Of a DNA stretch of 38,997 nt, positions 10,101-17,663 are shown piece after piece. Origin of the DNA: a virus; the IMG/VR virus record IMGVR_UViG_3300019471_000044. One strand, written 5' to 3'. Numbering within the stretch: the stretch's first letter is position 1; each line of letters starts with the position of its first letter. The notes under the pieces were generated by a model. That model had not been told where the DNA came from. It saw nothing but the letters and a program-made list of their open reading frames with translations, and ran no database searches. Made by a program: the position numbers and the translations under genes.

Positions 10101-11332
10101 CGCTTACTGAAATCTGTAAACGTGATCTTTCCGTCTTGTAAGGCTGAATAGAAGTCCTTTTGAGCCGATGCGCCAGCAAAACCAAAACTTTCAGCGGTCT
10201 TCTGCAAAGCATAAGGCATGGTTTCTTGCAAGGTTTTCCAACTTTGCATATCGACCTTACCGGCTGATAACATCTGGGTGTACTGTTGCAATCCACGGCT
10301 TGCATCTTCTGTAGATGCACCAGACGCTAGAAACGCATTATTTAATGCGATTGTTAGCTTAGTAGACTGCTTGAGGTTACCAGTCATTGAGGTTAGTTTT
10401 TGAGTGGTACTTACAACTGTATCAAGTGTCGTTGGTAAGCCCTCGATACCCTCAGAAAGTAGCTTAGTAGATGCTGCCACATCTTTTGAAGAGTGGCCCA
10501 AAGACTTCATTACTTTAGGGAAGCGTTGCAAGGTATCGAAGCGGTCAATAGCCTTATCCATTGACTGACTTACAAGATTCATCGCAGAGCTAACAGCTTT
10601 AAAGGCTACCGCCCCGACCGAGAAGTTCTTGATCGCGTCTTTGATCTTGTCAAATTTTGACGCGCTCTTTTCTGCTTGCTCGCCCGTGGTTTTGATGATG
10701 TCTTTCAGTTTGACAAAACCGCCACCACTCTGTGAGGCAACCTGTCCAGCTCTATGGGCTAGATCAGCACTTACTTTAAAACCATTCCCACCGGTTTTAC
10801 TGATTGTACCGGCTTCCCTAACTTTCTCGGCCGCCTGCTTGAAAGCATCACCGCCAGACTTAGAGAGCACGCCGGCTTCTTTGATTTTAAAACTTGCTGA
10901 CTTAAAGCCTTCTCCGCCTGTCTTGGCTTCGTTGCCAGATGCTTTTACTTTTTCTGCCGCTTGTTTAAAGCCATCACCCGACCGTTGAGCTAGATCTGAG
11001 CTTTCTTTTACTTTCTCCCCGGCTTGTTTAAAACCAGAGCCAGAGCGTCCAGCTAAATCAGAACTTTCCTTGATTTTTTCACCAGCACGGCGAAAGCCGT
11101 TACTTGACGTTTCGGATAGCTTCGCACCCTCGGCCATACGGTCACCGGCACGCTTGAAACCTTGCCCAGCTCTTAGAGCCTTATCACCAGTAGCCTGGAT
11201 ACCGTCTCCAGCGCTTTTGACACCTTGGCCCGATCTACGGGCTTCGGATTCTAAACGCTTTAAGGCGCTTGACAACTCTGACAGTTTCTTACCATTGACC
11301 TGGACGTCAATTACTATTTTTCCATCTGCCAT
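7115..11332 (-). CDS. Tape measure protein
   Basis: 1405 aa and the largest ORF. It has a central hydrophobic/TM block and coiled coils, with tandem repeats at both ends. It sits downstream of the chaperone genes. Confidence 0.9.
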   Translation of the reverse strand: MADGKIVIDVQVNGKKLSELSSALKRLESEARRSGQGVKSAGDGIQATGDKALRAGQGFKRAGDRMAEGAKLSETSSNGFRRAGEKIKESSDLAGRSGSGFKQAGEKVKESSDLAQRSGDGFKQAAEKVKASGNEAKTGGEGFKSASFKIKEAGVLSKSGGDAFKQAAEKVREAGTISKTGGNGFKVSADLAHRAGQVASQSGGGFVKLKDIIKTTGEQAEKSASKFDKIKDAIKNFSVGAVAFKAVSSAMNLVSQSMDKAIDRFDTLQRFPKVMKSLGHSSKDVAASTKLLSEGIEGLPTTLDTVVSTTQKLTSMTGNLKQSTKLTIALNNAFLASGASTEDASRGLQQYTQMLSAGKVDMQSWKTLQETMPYALQKTAESFGFAGASAQKDFYSALQDGKITFTDFSKRLIELNKGTNGFAEMAKKNSEGIKTSFGNIVNAVAKGIANVIAEFDKMSKAVTGKSIAQNLDSIKGAVNSTFNVIISVIRGATPVVKSLVSVLGFLKPVLDPLISIFAGVVGAVLLFKGAMLGLSIIKGIGSLIGTLITSLVSLTSTSLVATGATTGLAGALASLSSGGVFIVVGAIAGLVSWLTQESEETKKAKEKAKEFQQSLDDLHESINKGNEAYKDRRNEIQATAEDNERLVKKIDELNAVENKTAAQKKELASAAETLNSRIEGLNIQYDKATGTINMTTDAIRKQIEIAKASAEIEAANERMIENAKKRLEIKDKMKELEKEYQGVLDKTEKIEDVAFVGGKVRDGIKTEAKKRYNEEVKKLQDDIKKTEESDNELTNTIVKNNEVKAKSTEDASGRMIYTMENMNEAQRKAVEMMQQEFANLKGEVQNAFQAIEQQTALSADQMTANLQKNIDAVDKWSQNLETLAKRGLDQGLIEQMRQAGPKMANQTQALVDASDEQLGRLNGKWTEAGDKAKEGFLRGIRATGQELPPEIESMVTAIGDEFRSALADAGFEVKGREVPQKISEGMRSGKGDVQQAASEVTEASKQAFNNLPTEAKYSGSQVSGGYAQGMTDNQGAVQGASEGLKGAALGALASLFGEGQVKGAELGAGVGDGVLSRSDVVQGAASTLKSNATATMDGMATDGQNKGSEFGSGIAIGIGVGQQVAVGAASAMNLAISAQFLAMSINGQQYGSQFGTGIGGGINSSQGIATGASNAMKMMINTSVRSLGHDGRNAGSQFGTGVTSGVASHNGAVFNASSNLKASAHNGMSGGYNGGYNAGMSIGEGMMSGIYAMAGAVASAAASIASSAVAAARSTLAINSPSKVFRDQVGRAIPEGMAVGIEKYGYYVDDSMTDLANKTVESGKKYTDGFGFNLPGRGDLVSGLTDTLATRFGYAGGGSSNSNVTNNYTLNANGTANDNFFSPENMRRLLRELAYYTNLEGGRMA
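7657..8302 (-). repeat. Tandem approximately 40-aa Gly-rich repeats in the TMP C-terminal part (G-S-[QE]-F-G-[ST]-G units)
   Basis: Reiterated NKGSEFGSGIAIGIG... / YGSQFGTGIGGGINSSQGIATGASNAM... / AGSQFGTGVTSGVASHNGAVFNASSNL. Coordinates are approximate. Confidence 0.65.
10687..11242 (-). repeat. About nine tandem 21-aa (63-bp) repeats in the TMP N-terminal part
   Basis: Units are of the form RSGSGFKQAGEKVKESSDLAQ, RSGDGFKQAAEKVKASGNEAK, TGGEGFKSASFKIKEAGVLSK, SGGDAFKQAAEKVREAGTISK and similar. Coordinates are approximate. Confidence 0.75.
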
Positions 11333-11901
11333 TATTCATCTCCCTCCTTTCCACCTAATCTGTATTTATTTTGTAACCGGCGCATTTTTGCCTTATACTC
11401 GCTACTATCGTTCTTTGAGGGTTTCCAAGACCGTATCTCTACCAATTGAGATACAGCCGTTCCTTCTGGCAAACCGTTGAGTAGCGCGATAAATTCGGGC
11501 CATGTTAGCCGGCCTTGTGCTTCAAAGAGGTTGATATTATACGCTTGCACAAAGCTCGCGTATATTTCCTGCGCGTCTACTTCAAAATCAATCAAACGAA
11601 TATCATCTTCTTCGTCCTTGGCTACCGGCATAGGGTTCCCGTGCCGGTCATAAACCACGCGCTCTTTTTTTGTCCTCAAAAAATGCTCGTCGATATATTC
11701 CCACACGGCCACTATATCCTCTGAATTATCCAAGGCTTCGTCCGTCATCATTAAAACCGCTGTACGCATCTTCTCAAGATTATTCATGACTTCGTTGTCA
11801 AACATCTCAAAGACATCAAGCACCAGATCAAAGGAGCAGTCCACCTCGTAAGTGCGCCCATTTAATTCAAAGGAGTTCTGTATAGGCTCATTTAATTTCA
11901 T
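11332..11901 (-). CDS. Tail assembly chaperone-like protein (Gp15-type)
   Basis: 189 aa immediately upstream of the TMP (TAATG overlap). The N-terminus NGRTYEVDCSFDLVLDVFEMF resembles the lactococcal/streptococcal phage Gp15 family, from memory. It has its own RBS (GGGGGA). Confidence 0.7.
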   Translation of the reverse strand: MKLNEPIQNSFELNGRTYEVDCSFDLVLDVFEMFDNEVMNNLEKMRTAVLMMTDEALDNSEDIVAVWEYIDEHFLRTKKERVVYDRHGNPMPVAKDEEDDIRLIDFEVDAQEIYASFVQAYNINLFEAQGRLTWPEFIALLNGLPEGTAVSQLVEIRSWKPSKNDSSEYKAKMRRLQNKYRLGGKEGDE

Positions 11902-11916
11902 GAGCAGTCCCCCTTT

Positions 11917-12393
11917 TTACTTTTTGCTGGTTTTCTTTGTTTTCTTTGCTTTTGCTTTTTTTACAAACGATTCAGCAACCGCACCCGATGCTTTAGCTCG
12001 CTCTTGGCCTAGACGGTCGAGTTCAGCTCCTAGCATGGTATCTACCTCATCAAATGCATGATCCAAAGCGTCAAGGTCTGGATAATGTTCATAGAGTTTA
12101 GCAAAGGTACCATCACCGAATAAGACATCATACTTGATCTCCGTCATTTTCTTCTGCATCTTAAAGGCTTCGTCAATAACTTCTTTGTTAACAATTCCCT
12201 CTTTAAGATCGTCAAATTCTCCGTTATTAGAGCGTTCAACCAGCTCTAACTGATACTTGTTAAAGCGTTCTGCGATCTCCTCTTGGAGCGACGAAAGACG
12301 TGAGATATTCTCTAGTGATGTATCGAATTGGAGTTCGATTTCTCCGATTTTAATGGGAATGTGATTGCGTTTTAGTTCGATTGAAATAGACAT
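11917..12393 (-). CDS. Tail assembly chaperone (position-based)
   Basis: 158-aa acidic protein with a Lys-rich tail, between the major tail protein and the Gp15-like gene. Confidence 0.65.
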   Translation of the reverse strand: MSISIELKRNHIPIKIGEIELQFDTSLENISRLSSLQEEIAERFNKYQLELVERSNNGEFDDLKEGIVNKEVIDEAFKMQKKMTEIKYDVLFGDGTFAKLYEHYPDLDALDHAFDEVDTMLGAELDRLGQERAKASGAVAESFVKKAKAKKTKKTSKK

Positions 12394-12412
12394 GTTTTTC
12401 CTCCTTTAATGC

Positions 12413-12442
12413 ACAAAAAAGAGCGTCCCAAAATGGAACGCT
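12413..12442 (-). terminator. Intrinsic terminator/attenuator after the major tail protein gene
   Basis: Minus strand AGCGUUCC-AUUUU-GGGACGCU (8 bp, one G-U) followed by CUUUUUUG. Confidence 0.7.
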
Positions 12443-12456
12443 TTTACTTTTACTTA

Positions 12457-12909
12457 TTAGCCTACGACTGCAGTGGTTTTAGGAAGTGAGTTGTAAGAAA
12501 TCTTACAAGAGAATTCCTCGTAGTTTGCAGCAGCCCCAGAGCCTGCCTTGATTGCTGACACGGTAGCAATTCCGACGTGTTGGTTTTTGCCGTCTGAATC
12601 TACCACTTTATGCCAAACAAGGCGATCGTTACCGAGTTTGTACTTCAACCCAGCGATAAGAGCCATTGCTTCATCTTCTTTGTCGTAGGTACCTTTAAAT
12701 GTGTATGATCCTTTTACAGATGTTACAGTAGTTTCTTCTGTACCGTCTCCGTCGTAGTAAGCGACTGATGTAGTAGCTTCATCTGTATCGTCGTCCACAT
12801 CTTCGATCCATTTTGCAAGCTCTTTATAAGCTGCTTTGTCTGGTTCAGTCTTTGGATCAGTGACTGGTGCGATAAAATGCCCGCGTAGGGCGTTCTTTTG
12901 ACGTGCCAT
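12457..12909 (-). CDS. Major tail protein
   Basis: 150 aa, last gene before the terminator and chaperones. The position and size are typical of a siphovirus tail tube protein. Confidence 0.75.
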   Translation of the reverse strand: MARQKNALRGHFIAPVTDPKTEPDKAAYKELAKWIEDVDDDTDEATTSVAYYDGDGTEETTVTSVKGSYTFKGTYDKEDEAMALIAGLKYKLGNDRLVWHKVVDSDGKNQHVGIATVSAIKAGSGAAANYEEFSCKISYNSLPKTTAVVG

Positions 12910-12912
12910 ATA

Positions 12913-13323
12913 TTACACTCCTTTGTTATTCAAGATTGTTAGGTTTGCAGTGATGTCCTGCAGATAAATATAAAAACCCTGCTCGTCCCGTTCGTTCAAA
13001 GACGGCTGGGTAGTAGTTAAATTGTTAAAAATATATGAGTTGTTTTGACTCGGTAAGACCAGATCAAATTCGGAGAGTGCCTTGTTGATTTCCCAAAGGC
13101 AATCACTCGCAACTTGCGGATCTTTTACCTTGACTGCGATTTCAAAGATTAGAGTCACATCTCGCGAACCATCCATATATACACGCTCGACCTTACCGCC
13201 TGGAAGCGGGTATAGGACCAAAGAGTCCAGCTCGCTCAGAAAGTTCAGCTCACAAGCAAGCGGTAGACCGAGGGTGTTGATAAAATCGCGCAAAACAACA
13301 TTAAAGTCATTGTTACTTTTCAT
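12913..13323 (-). CDS. Head-tail joining / tail terminator-like protein
   Basis: 136 aa, fourth of four small connector genes between the capsid and the major tail protein. Position-based call. Confidence 0.6.
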   Translation of the reverse strand: MKSNNDFNVVLRDFINTLGLPLACELNFLSELDSLVLYPLPGGKVERVYMDGSRDVTLIFEIAVKVKDPQVASDCLWEINKALSEFDLVLPSQNNSYIFNNLTTTQPSLNERDEQGFYIYLQDITANLTILNNKGV

Positions 13324-13685
13324 TTATTAAACCCCATTGCTTTCAGTCCGACCTCTGCCCACTTGTTCCCGTGGTTAGCCGAGGCCTTTAAGTCCCAGCG
13401 CTTACCAGTTCCGGGGGTAGTGTACTTGCCAAAGCTAAAACTGCGATACTTGTTATAAGCACCACCATAGAATTGGGCGCGTGCGTATGGTGTATTGTAG
13501 ATAATCTGTGAGCCATTGCCAGCTACATGACCGCTAGATCGTAACGGTCCATGCAGTAACGGTACATACGGCTCCATATCTAGTAGGGCTTGGTTTGCGA
13601 TCTCTAACTGGGCTTTACGCTCCGATGCCTGCGAGGTTTTCCGTGTCGCTCCGCTCAAATCTATCGTGACATTGATACCCATCAC
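13320..13685 (-). CDS. Head-tail joining protein (minor capsid protein family)
   Basis: 121 aa, overlaps both neighbours by 4 nt, in the connector cluster. Confidence 0.6.
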   Translation of the reverse strand: MMGINVTIDLSGATRKTSQASERKAQLEIANQALLDMEPYVPLLHGPLRSSGHVAGNGSQIIYNTPYARAQFYGGAYNKYRSFSFGKYTTPGTGKRWDLKASANHGNKWAEVGLKAMGFNK

Positions 13686-14041
13686 ATCACCTCGATTTCA
13701 TAGCAAAAGACTTTGCGACTGAAAGGTTCATAAACAGGAACGATCTTGTTTACGATGTATTCATCGTCGCCATCTTTTACAATCGAGTTACGATATGAGG
13801 AATCAATCTCTACATCACAATACTGAGGGTACACAAAGATGACACCAGGCGCACGAAATGACGGGTTCTTCTGTCCGGACGGGTTATTGACTGACCCTGG
13901 ACCGTCAAAGTTACGGTCAAAGCGAACCGGACTCAATAAAATCGGGTAGGAGAATTCTTCTTTCCCCCACCCGTCTTTCTTTCCAGTTGGTTTTGAGATC
14001 GTCACTGAGTCAACTAGTGTCCGTTTATCAATAACGACCAT
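13682..14041 (-). CDS. Head closure / head-tail adaptor protein
   Basis: 119 aa, in the connector cluster with overlapping stop/start. Confidence 0.6.
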   Translation of the reverse strand: MVVIDKRTLVDSVTISKPTGKKDGWGKEEFSYPILLSPVRFDRNFDGPGSVNNPSGQKNPSFRAPGVIFVYPQYCDVEIDSSYRNSIVKDGDDEYIVNKIVPVYEPFSRKVFCYEIEVM

Positions 14042-14426
14042 AATCCACCCCGCTATACAGAAAACCAGCCGATTTAAGAGCGTTGAAAGCGTCGAGGGAT
14101 AGATTATACCCCGATGCCGTTTCAGACGCTCTAGAGCTGTTATTTGAGCTGTATGACACCGTTGTACGTCCTAGTGTGGTACTTGCGATTGTCTGTTTAT
14201 CCTCGGCCGTTAAAATGCCCGTGCTGTCCAAGTACTGGATCTGGTAAGCCGTAGCAAGTTTAACTGCTTTCTTGCGTGTCTTATGGTCTGTGTCAAAATC
14301 ATGGAAGTCATAATAATGACGGATAAAGAGATCAATAGCAAGCTCTGCACGTTTCTCCAACGCTTCAAACTCGCTTGTACTGTCAAAACCTAACTCACGA
14401 TATTCTTCATGCGTTAAGTATGCCAT
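14028..14426 (-). CDS. Head-tail connector protein (gp6-like)
   Basis: 132 aa. The N-terminus MAYLTHEEYRELGFDS... is typical of phage head-tail connector proteins, from memory. Confidence 0.65.
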   Translation of the reverse strand: MAYLTHEEYRELGFDSTSEFEALEKRAELAIDLFIRHYYDFHDFDTDHKTRKKAVKLATAYQIQYLDSTGILTAEDKQTIASTTLGRTTVSYSSNNSSRASETASGYNLSLDAFNALKSAGFLYSGVDYGRY

Positions 14427-14434
14427 GATACCTC

Positions 14435-14629
14435 CTATTCAGAGATAACCTTTTGGGCCACGGGTTCGCTGTCAGAAACAAGTTCCAACCATTCCTCACC
14501 AAAGGCAAGACTTGTCTTTTGGTTGATTTCTTCTGCTTCTGCAGTCGTTAACTCGTAGACCGTGCCCTCGTCAAAGTTTTGGTCTGTTGACTCGATCAAA
14601 AAGTTACAAGTAGCTTTATATTTCGCCAT
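14435..14629 (-). CDS. Small hypothetical head-module protein (64 aa)
   Basis: Co-oriented ORF with RBS GGAGG upstream. Acidic. Confidence 0.55.
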   Translation of the reverse strand: MAKYKATCNFLIESTDQNFDEGTVYELTTAEAEEINQKTSLAFGEEWLELVSDSEPVAQKVISE

Positions 14630-14632
14630 TCG

Positions 14633-14779
14633 TTACTCCTTGATCTCGTAACCGCTAGTTAAAAAAGCAGATACTAGATTGGGATCAGTGATGGTAAAGG
14701 TTACATCTCCTTTTACCAAAACCGTCTCAACCTGTTCAGCTACTTCTTCTGTTTTAGTTGTTTTTGTTTCTTCTGCCAT
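14633..14779 (-). CDS. Small ORF (48 aa), missed by the 60-aa ORF cutoff
   Basis: ATG at 14779 preceded by AGAGGTGAAGA. Reads MAEETKTTKTEEVAEQVETVLVKGDVTFTITDPNLVSAFLTSGYEIKE and fills the gap after the capsid gene. Confidence 0.45.
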   Translation of the reverse strand: MAEETKTTKTEEVAEQVETVLVKGDVTFTITDPNLVSAFLTSGYEIKE

Positions 14780-14789
14780 TCTTCACCTC

Positions 14790-15614
14790 TTACGCAGTTT
14801 TGTGTACGTAGATAGCTTTCTTCTTGTTATCAAGGACAAAGGCATCGTAACGAATACGACCTTCTACAAGGTAGCCGTTGATTCCTGGTGGGTTATCGTG
14901 GATCTTGTAGTCTTCAAGTTTAACAGGGGAAGTGGTTGCGATAGGGTGCGCGATAATAAACGCTACGTTTTCTGGTAAGCGAGAAGTTGGAGTCAAGATA
15001 ACAGGTAAGCCGTCGATCACACCAACTTGTCCTTTAAATGCAACTTCTTGGCCAAGATCTGAGTTCTTAACAAATGATGTATCGAGTTTGATTAGTTTGT
15101 AAAACTCTGGAGATACGTGGAGTTTGCGTCCTTCTTCCGGTACAAGCGCGTCAGTCAATTTCACTTGACCGTCAAGCACTGCTTCATACGCGTTATTTTT
15201 AGTAACTGCGCCAGTTTTAACGTGATCTGTATCGGCACCAGCAACGACTTTACCAAAACGGTACTTATCAACTTCTGGGATAACAACTTCTGACAATTGG
15301 CGAGCAAGAGCCTTACCTGCTTCCAAAGTTCCGTTGGTATCTTGCACTGAGCGTTTGTCGATCGTGAACGTGAATGAACGGTCTTTAGTGAGCGTCAATG
15401 TTTGTACATTGTTTTCCAATTCAGCAGCCGTACCGTAGCGAGTGTTACCAGTCAAAGAGTAGTCATTCATTCCAGCGGTTGGGATTGAGTACACTTTAAC
15501 GGTATCTACACCAGTAAAGTCAAAATCCTGGTTAATAATACCAGTAGAGAGGGCCTCTTTCGCAAAGCGCTCATCTACTTTTGTGTCAAATTTAGAGGCA
15601 TAGTTAATAGTCAT
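14790..15614 (-). CDS. Major capsid protein
   Basis: 274 aa immediately after the scaffold gene. The size and position are typical. Confidence 0.8.
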   Translation of the reverse strand: MTINYASKFDTKVDERFAKEALSTGIINQDFDFTGVDTVKVYSIPTAGMNDYSLTGNTRYGTAAELENNVQTLTLTKDRSFTFTIDKRSVQDTNGTLEAGKALARQLSEVVIPEVDKYRFGKVVAGADTDHVKTGAVTKNNAYEAVLDGQVKLTDALVPEEGRKLHVSPEFYKLIKLDTSFVKNSDLGQEVAFKGQVGVIDGLPVILTPTSRLPENVAFIIAHPIATTSPVKLEDYKIHDNPPGINGYLVEGRIRYDAFVLDNKKKAIYVHKTA

Positions 15615-15640
15615 ATAGGTCTATCCTACTTTCTTTTATT

Positions 15641-16210
15641 TTAAATGCTGTCAAAGCCAGCAAATAGAGCTTGTTCTTCCGGGCTGAGGTTGTTGTCACC
15701 ACCAGCGGACGGATTGCCACCAAGCGCGAACTTTGGCTGTGGTTCCTGTGGTTCTTCCTTTTGGACAAAAAGGTAAGGGCTTGATTCTTTTAGACCGTTG
15801 ATAGTTTCTTCTAGTTTTGGCTTGCCATCTTCAGCAAGTTCGATCTTGTCAAGATCAATAAACTTCATGAGGTCCTCAGAGTTATGCGCTCCTACATCTT
15901 TCAAAGCCAATGCAACCGCGTTTGTTTTCTTAACTTGCGCAAGGTTAGCTTCATTCTCAGTCTTGTAGCTTTCGAATTGGGCTTGTAAGTCTTCCAGTTG
16001 TTTCTTGGCTTCCTCACTAGCTCCCTCTTTAGCTTGTAAGTCTTTGATAGCTTGGTCCCGTTGTTCAAGTTGTGTCTTTAAGCTGTCGTTTTCTGCTTGT
16101 ACTTCTGACTTGGCTTCTTTGATTGCTGACCCGTACGCTGCCATAATGCGCTCAATAGTTTCCTTGTCTTCGATACCTGCATCAACTAACATCTCACGTT
16201 TTAAACTCAT
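15641..16210 (-). CDS. Scaffolding protein (DUF4355-like)
   Basis: Start MSLKREMLVDAGIEDKETIERI has RBS AAAGGAG. It is a highly charged coiled-coil protein upstream of the capsid gene. The upstream extension to 16327 lacks an RBS. Confidence 0.75.
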   Translation of the reverse strand: MSLKREMLVDAGIEDKETIERIMAAYGSAIKEAKSEVQAENDSLKTQLEQRDQAIKDLQAKEGASEEAKKQLEDLQAQFESYKTENEANLAQVKKTNAVALALKDVGAHNSEDLMKFIDLDKIELAEDGKPKLEETINGLKESSPYLFVQKEEPQEPQPKFALGGNPSAGGDNNLSPEEQALFAGFDSI

Positions 16211-16344
16211 GTTTAAAACTCCTTTCTGTTTTACGTCCAGAAGACGAATTCGCCGGTTTACGTCCAGCAACGAAAGCTCCCAGCGGGTAACGATCCCGCA
16301 AGAGGTAAGAAAAAAGGAGGAAATCACCTCTTATCCAGAAAGGG

Positions 16345-16373
16345 AGCAAAATAAAAAGGCTATAAAAGCCTTT
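16345..16373 (-). terminator. Intrinsic terminator inside the head-module intergenic region
   Basis: Minus strand AAAGGCU-UUUAU-AGCCUUU followed by UUAUUUUG. Confidence 0.55.
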
Positions 16374-16494
16374 ACTTTTCCATTCCGCTTAAAAAACCTT
16401 CAAAAGCGGATTTTGATAGTTCTTTCTGATAATCCAAAAAGGTCTTTTTCTTTCTAAACAAAACCTTTTCTAATAATCGAATAACCTTATTCAT
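16372..16494 (-). CDS. Possible 40-aa ORF coupled to the end of the head morphogenesis gene
   Basis: The ATG overlaps the upstream stop (GATGAATAA), with AAGGAAG 8 nt upstream. Reads MNKVIRLLEKVLFRKKKTFLDYQKELSKSAFEGFLSGMEK. Weak support. Confidence 0.3.
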   Translation of the reverse strand: MNKVIRLLEKVLFRKKKTFLDYQKELSKSAFEGFLSGMEK

Positions 16495-17659
16495 CAATAG
16501 CGCTTCCTTTCGGTTTAAAATATCTTTCCCTCGCATAGTCACGATGTAAGAAAGGCTTATCCGCGATATAATCTCGCAAGGTTGCTTGCTGGTCTCTGAT
16601 TTTAGTTTTAAACTTGCTGATAAGTTCCTGGTCGCCCAGTTTCTCGGCAACATGTAACTTCTCCTTGGACTTGCGAATAGCTCGCTCGTATGCCCTTTGT
16701 TTAGATTGTGCGTTAGCATTTCTAATTGCTTCTTCCTGCGTGACATTCTTAACGTCCGGGCCTAGTTCTGGAAGTTCGTTTATACCTGGTACAAACGGGG
16801 TCAGCATGTGTCCGCAGTTAATACCAAGGCAACCTCCCGGTGTACCGTAGCCATGATCCGCAAGCGATAGAATACTAATACCGTGTTCTTCCCTCGCTGG
16901 GCCATAGGTAACTATATGGTGCTGTAGTGGAGCGCAGGCTTCGCGGGCCGTAGCCTTTTTGGAATAATAAAAGGTATCAATACCCAGCTCGTCCGCTGGC
17001 ATTGTCCGCATTTCTCGGTAGCTACGCATGACAGTTGTTTTTATAACCGTCCTAGCGTAATTGTCTACTTTCCAGTAGTGGCCACCTCGGTCAATAAAAC
17101 CCTTAAAGCCTATCTCTTGCCATTTCATGACGGTTTGAGATACAGCCTTGTCATGTGTAACTAGACCGACCACTTGACGGGCTACCACTTCCTGGACCAT
17201 TTGACGGTATACATCTGTCACGATTCCTGGGAGCGTGGTATTAATCAAGTTACTAATATCACCGTGCGACTGTTCAAAATATCCAGCTAGCAACTCCTGC
17301 ACGTGCTTAGAATTGCCAAAATCACCGCCTCCAAGATCGTCTAAGAGCTGTTCTTTAGTAGTCTGATAGATTTTAAAGCCCTCGTCCTCAATGACCTTTC
17401 TGAGCTGTTCTCGGCCTATTTTAGAGTAGCGTGCAATTGTGTCCAGATTTTGCTCATTTAGCATGTGCATCTGGCTCATTCGCTCTAACTGCCAGATATA
17501 AGGGTTATCTGCCAGCGATTCAGCACCACGCTCTAACAACCTATCAATTACCTCATCGAATAGGTCACGCGCCATTTGATGATAGATATCACCGACCTGT
17601 GAAGCGCGCAATTCTAGCTGTTCCTCGTTAAATAATACCGGGTACTTGTTACGCGCCAT
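16487..17659 (-). CDS. Head morphogenesis / minor capsid protein (SPP1 gp7 / Mu F-like)
   Basis: 390 aa directly downstream of the portal gene, the typical position and size. Confidence 0.75.
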   Translation of the reverse strand: MARNKYPVLFNEEQLELRASQVGDIYHQMARDLFDEVIDRLLERGAESLADNPYIWQLERMSQMHMLNEQNLDTIARYSKIGREQLRKVIEDEGFKIYQTTKEQLLDDLGGGDFGNSKHVQELLAGYFEQSHGDISNLINTTLPGIVTDVYRQMVQEVVARQVVGLVTHDKAVSQTVMKWQEIGFKGFIDRGGHYWKVDNYARTVIKTTVMRSYREMRTMPADELGIDTFYYSKKATAREACAPLQHHIVTYGPAREEHGISILSLADHGYGTPGGCLGINCGHMLTPFVPGINELPELGPDVKNVTQEEAIRNANAQSKQRAYERAIRKSKEKLHVAEKLGDQELISKFKTKIRDQQATLRDYIADKPFLHRDYARERYFKPKGSAIDE

Positions 17660-17663
17660 TTAT

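Noticed and set aside
3629-11480. Numerous plus-strand ORFs inside Tal and the tape measure gene, for example 3629-3856, 3733-4053, 8922-9347, 9456-10151, 10629-10988 and 11070-11480
   Set aside because: They are antisense to long structural genes with recognisable features. Their Ser/Pro/Leu/Cys-rich, low-complexity composition is typical of reverse-frame translation of Ala/Gly/Lys-rich repeats. There are no RBSs, and no plus-strand transcription signals nearby.
11895-11935. Programmed -1/+1 frameshift joining the two tail chaperone ORFs (the gpG/gpGT paradigm)
   Set aside because: Near the stop of ORF 11917-12393, both alternative frames hit stops within about 12 codons (…AGC AAA AAG TAA AAA GGG GGA…). 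The downstream ORF has its own RBS (GGGGGA) and ATG. No canonical X XXY YYZ slippery heptamer was seen.
16372-16746. 124-aa minus-strand ORF overlapping the 3' end of the head morphogenesis gene
   Set aside because: Most of it is an alternative frame of a well-supported gene. Only the last 40 codons, from the ATG at 16494, lie outside that gene, and these are listed separately at low confidence.
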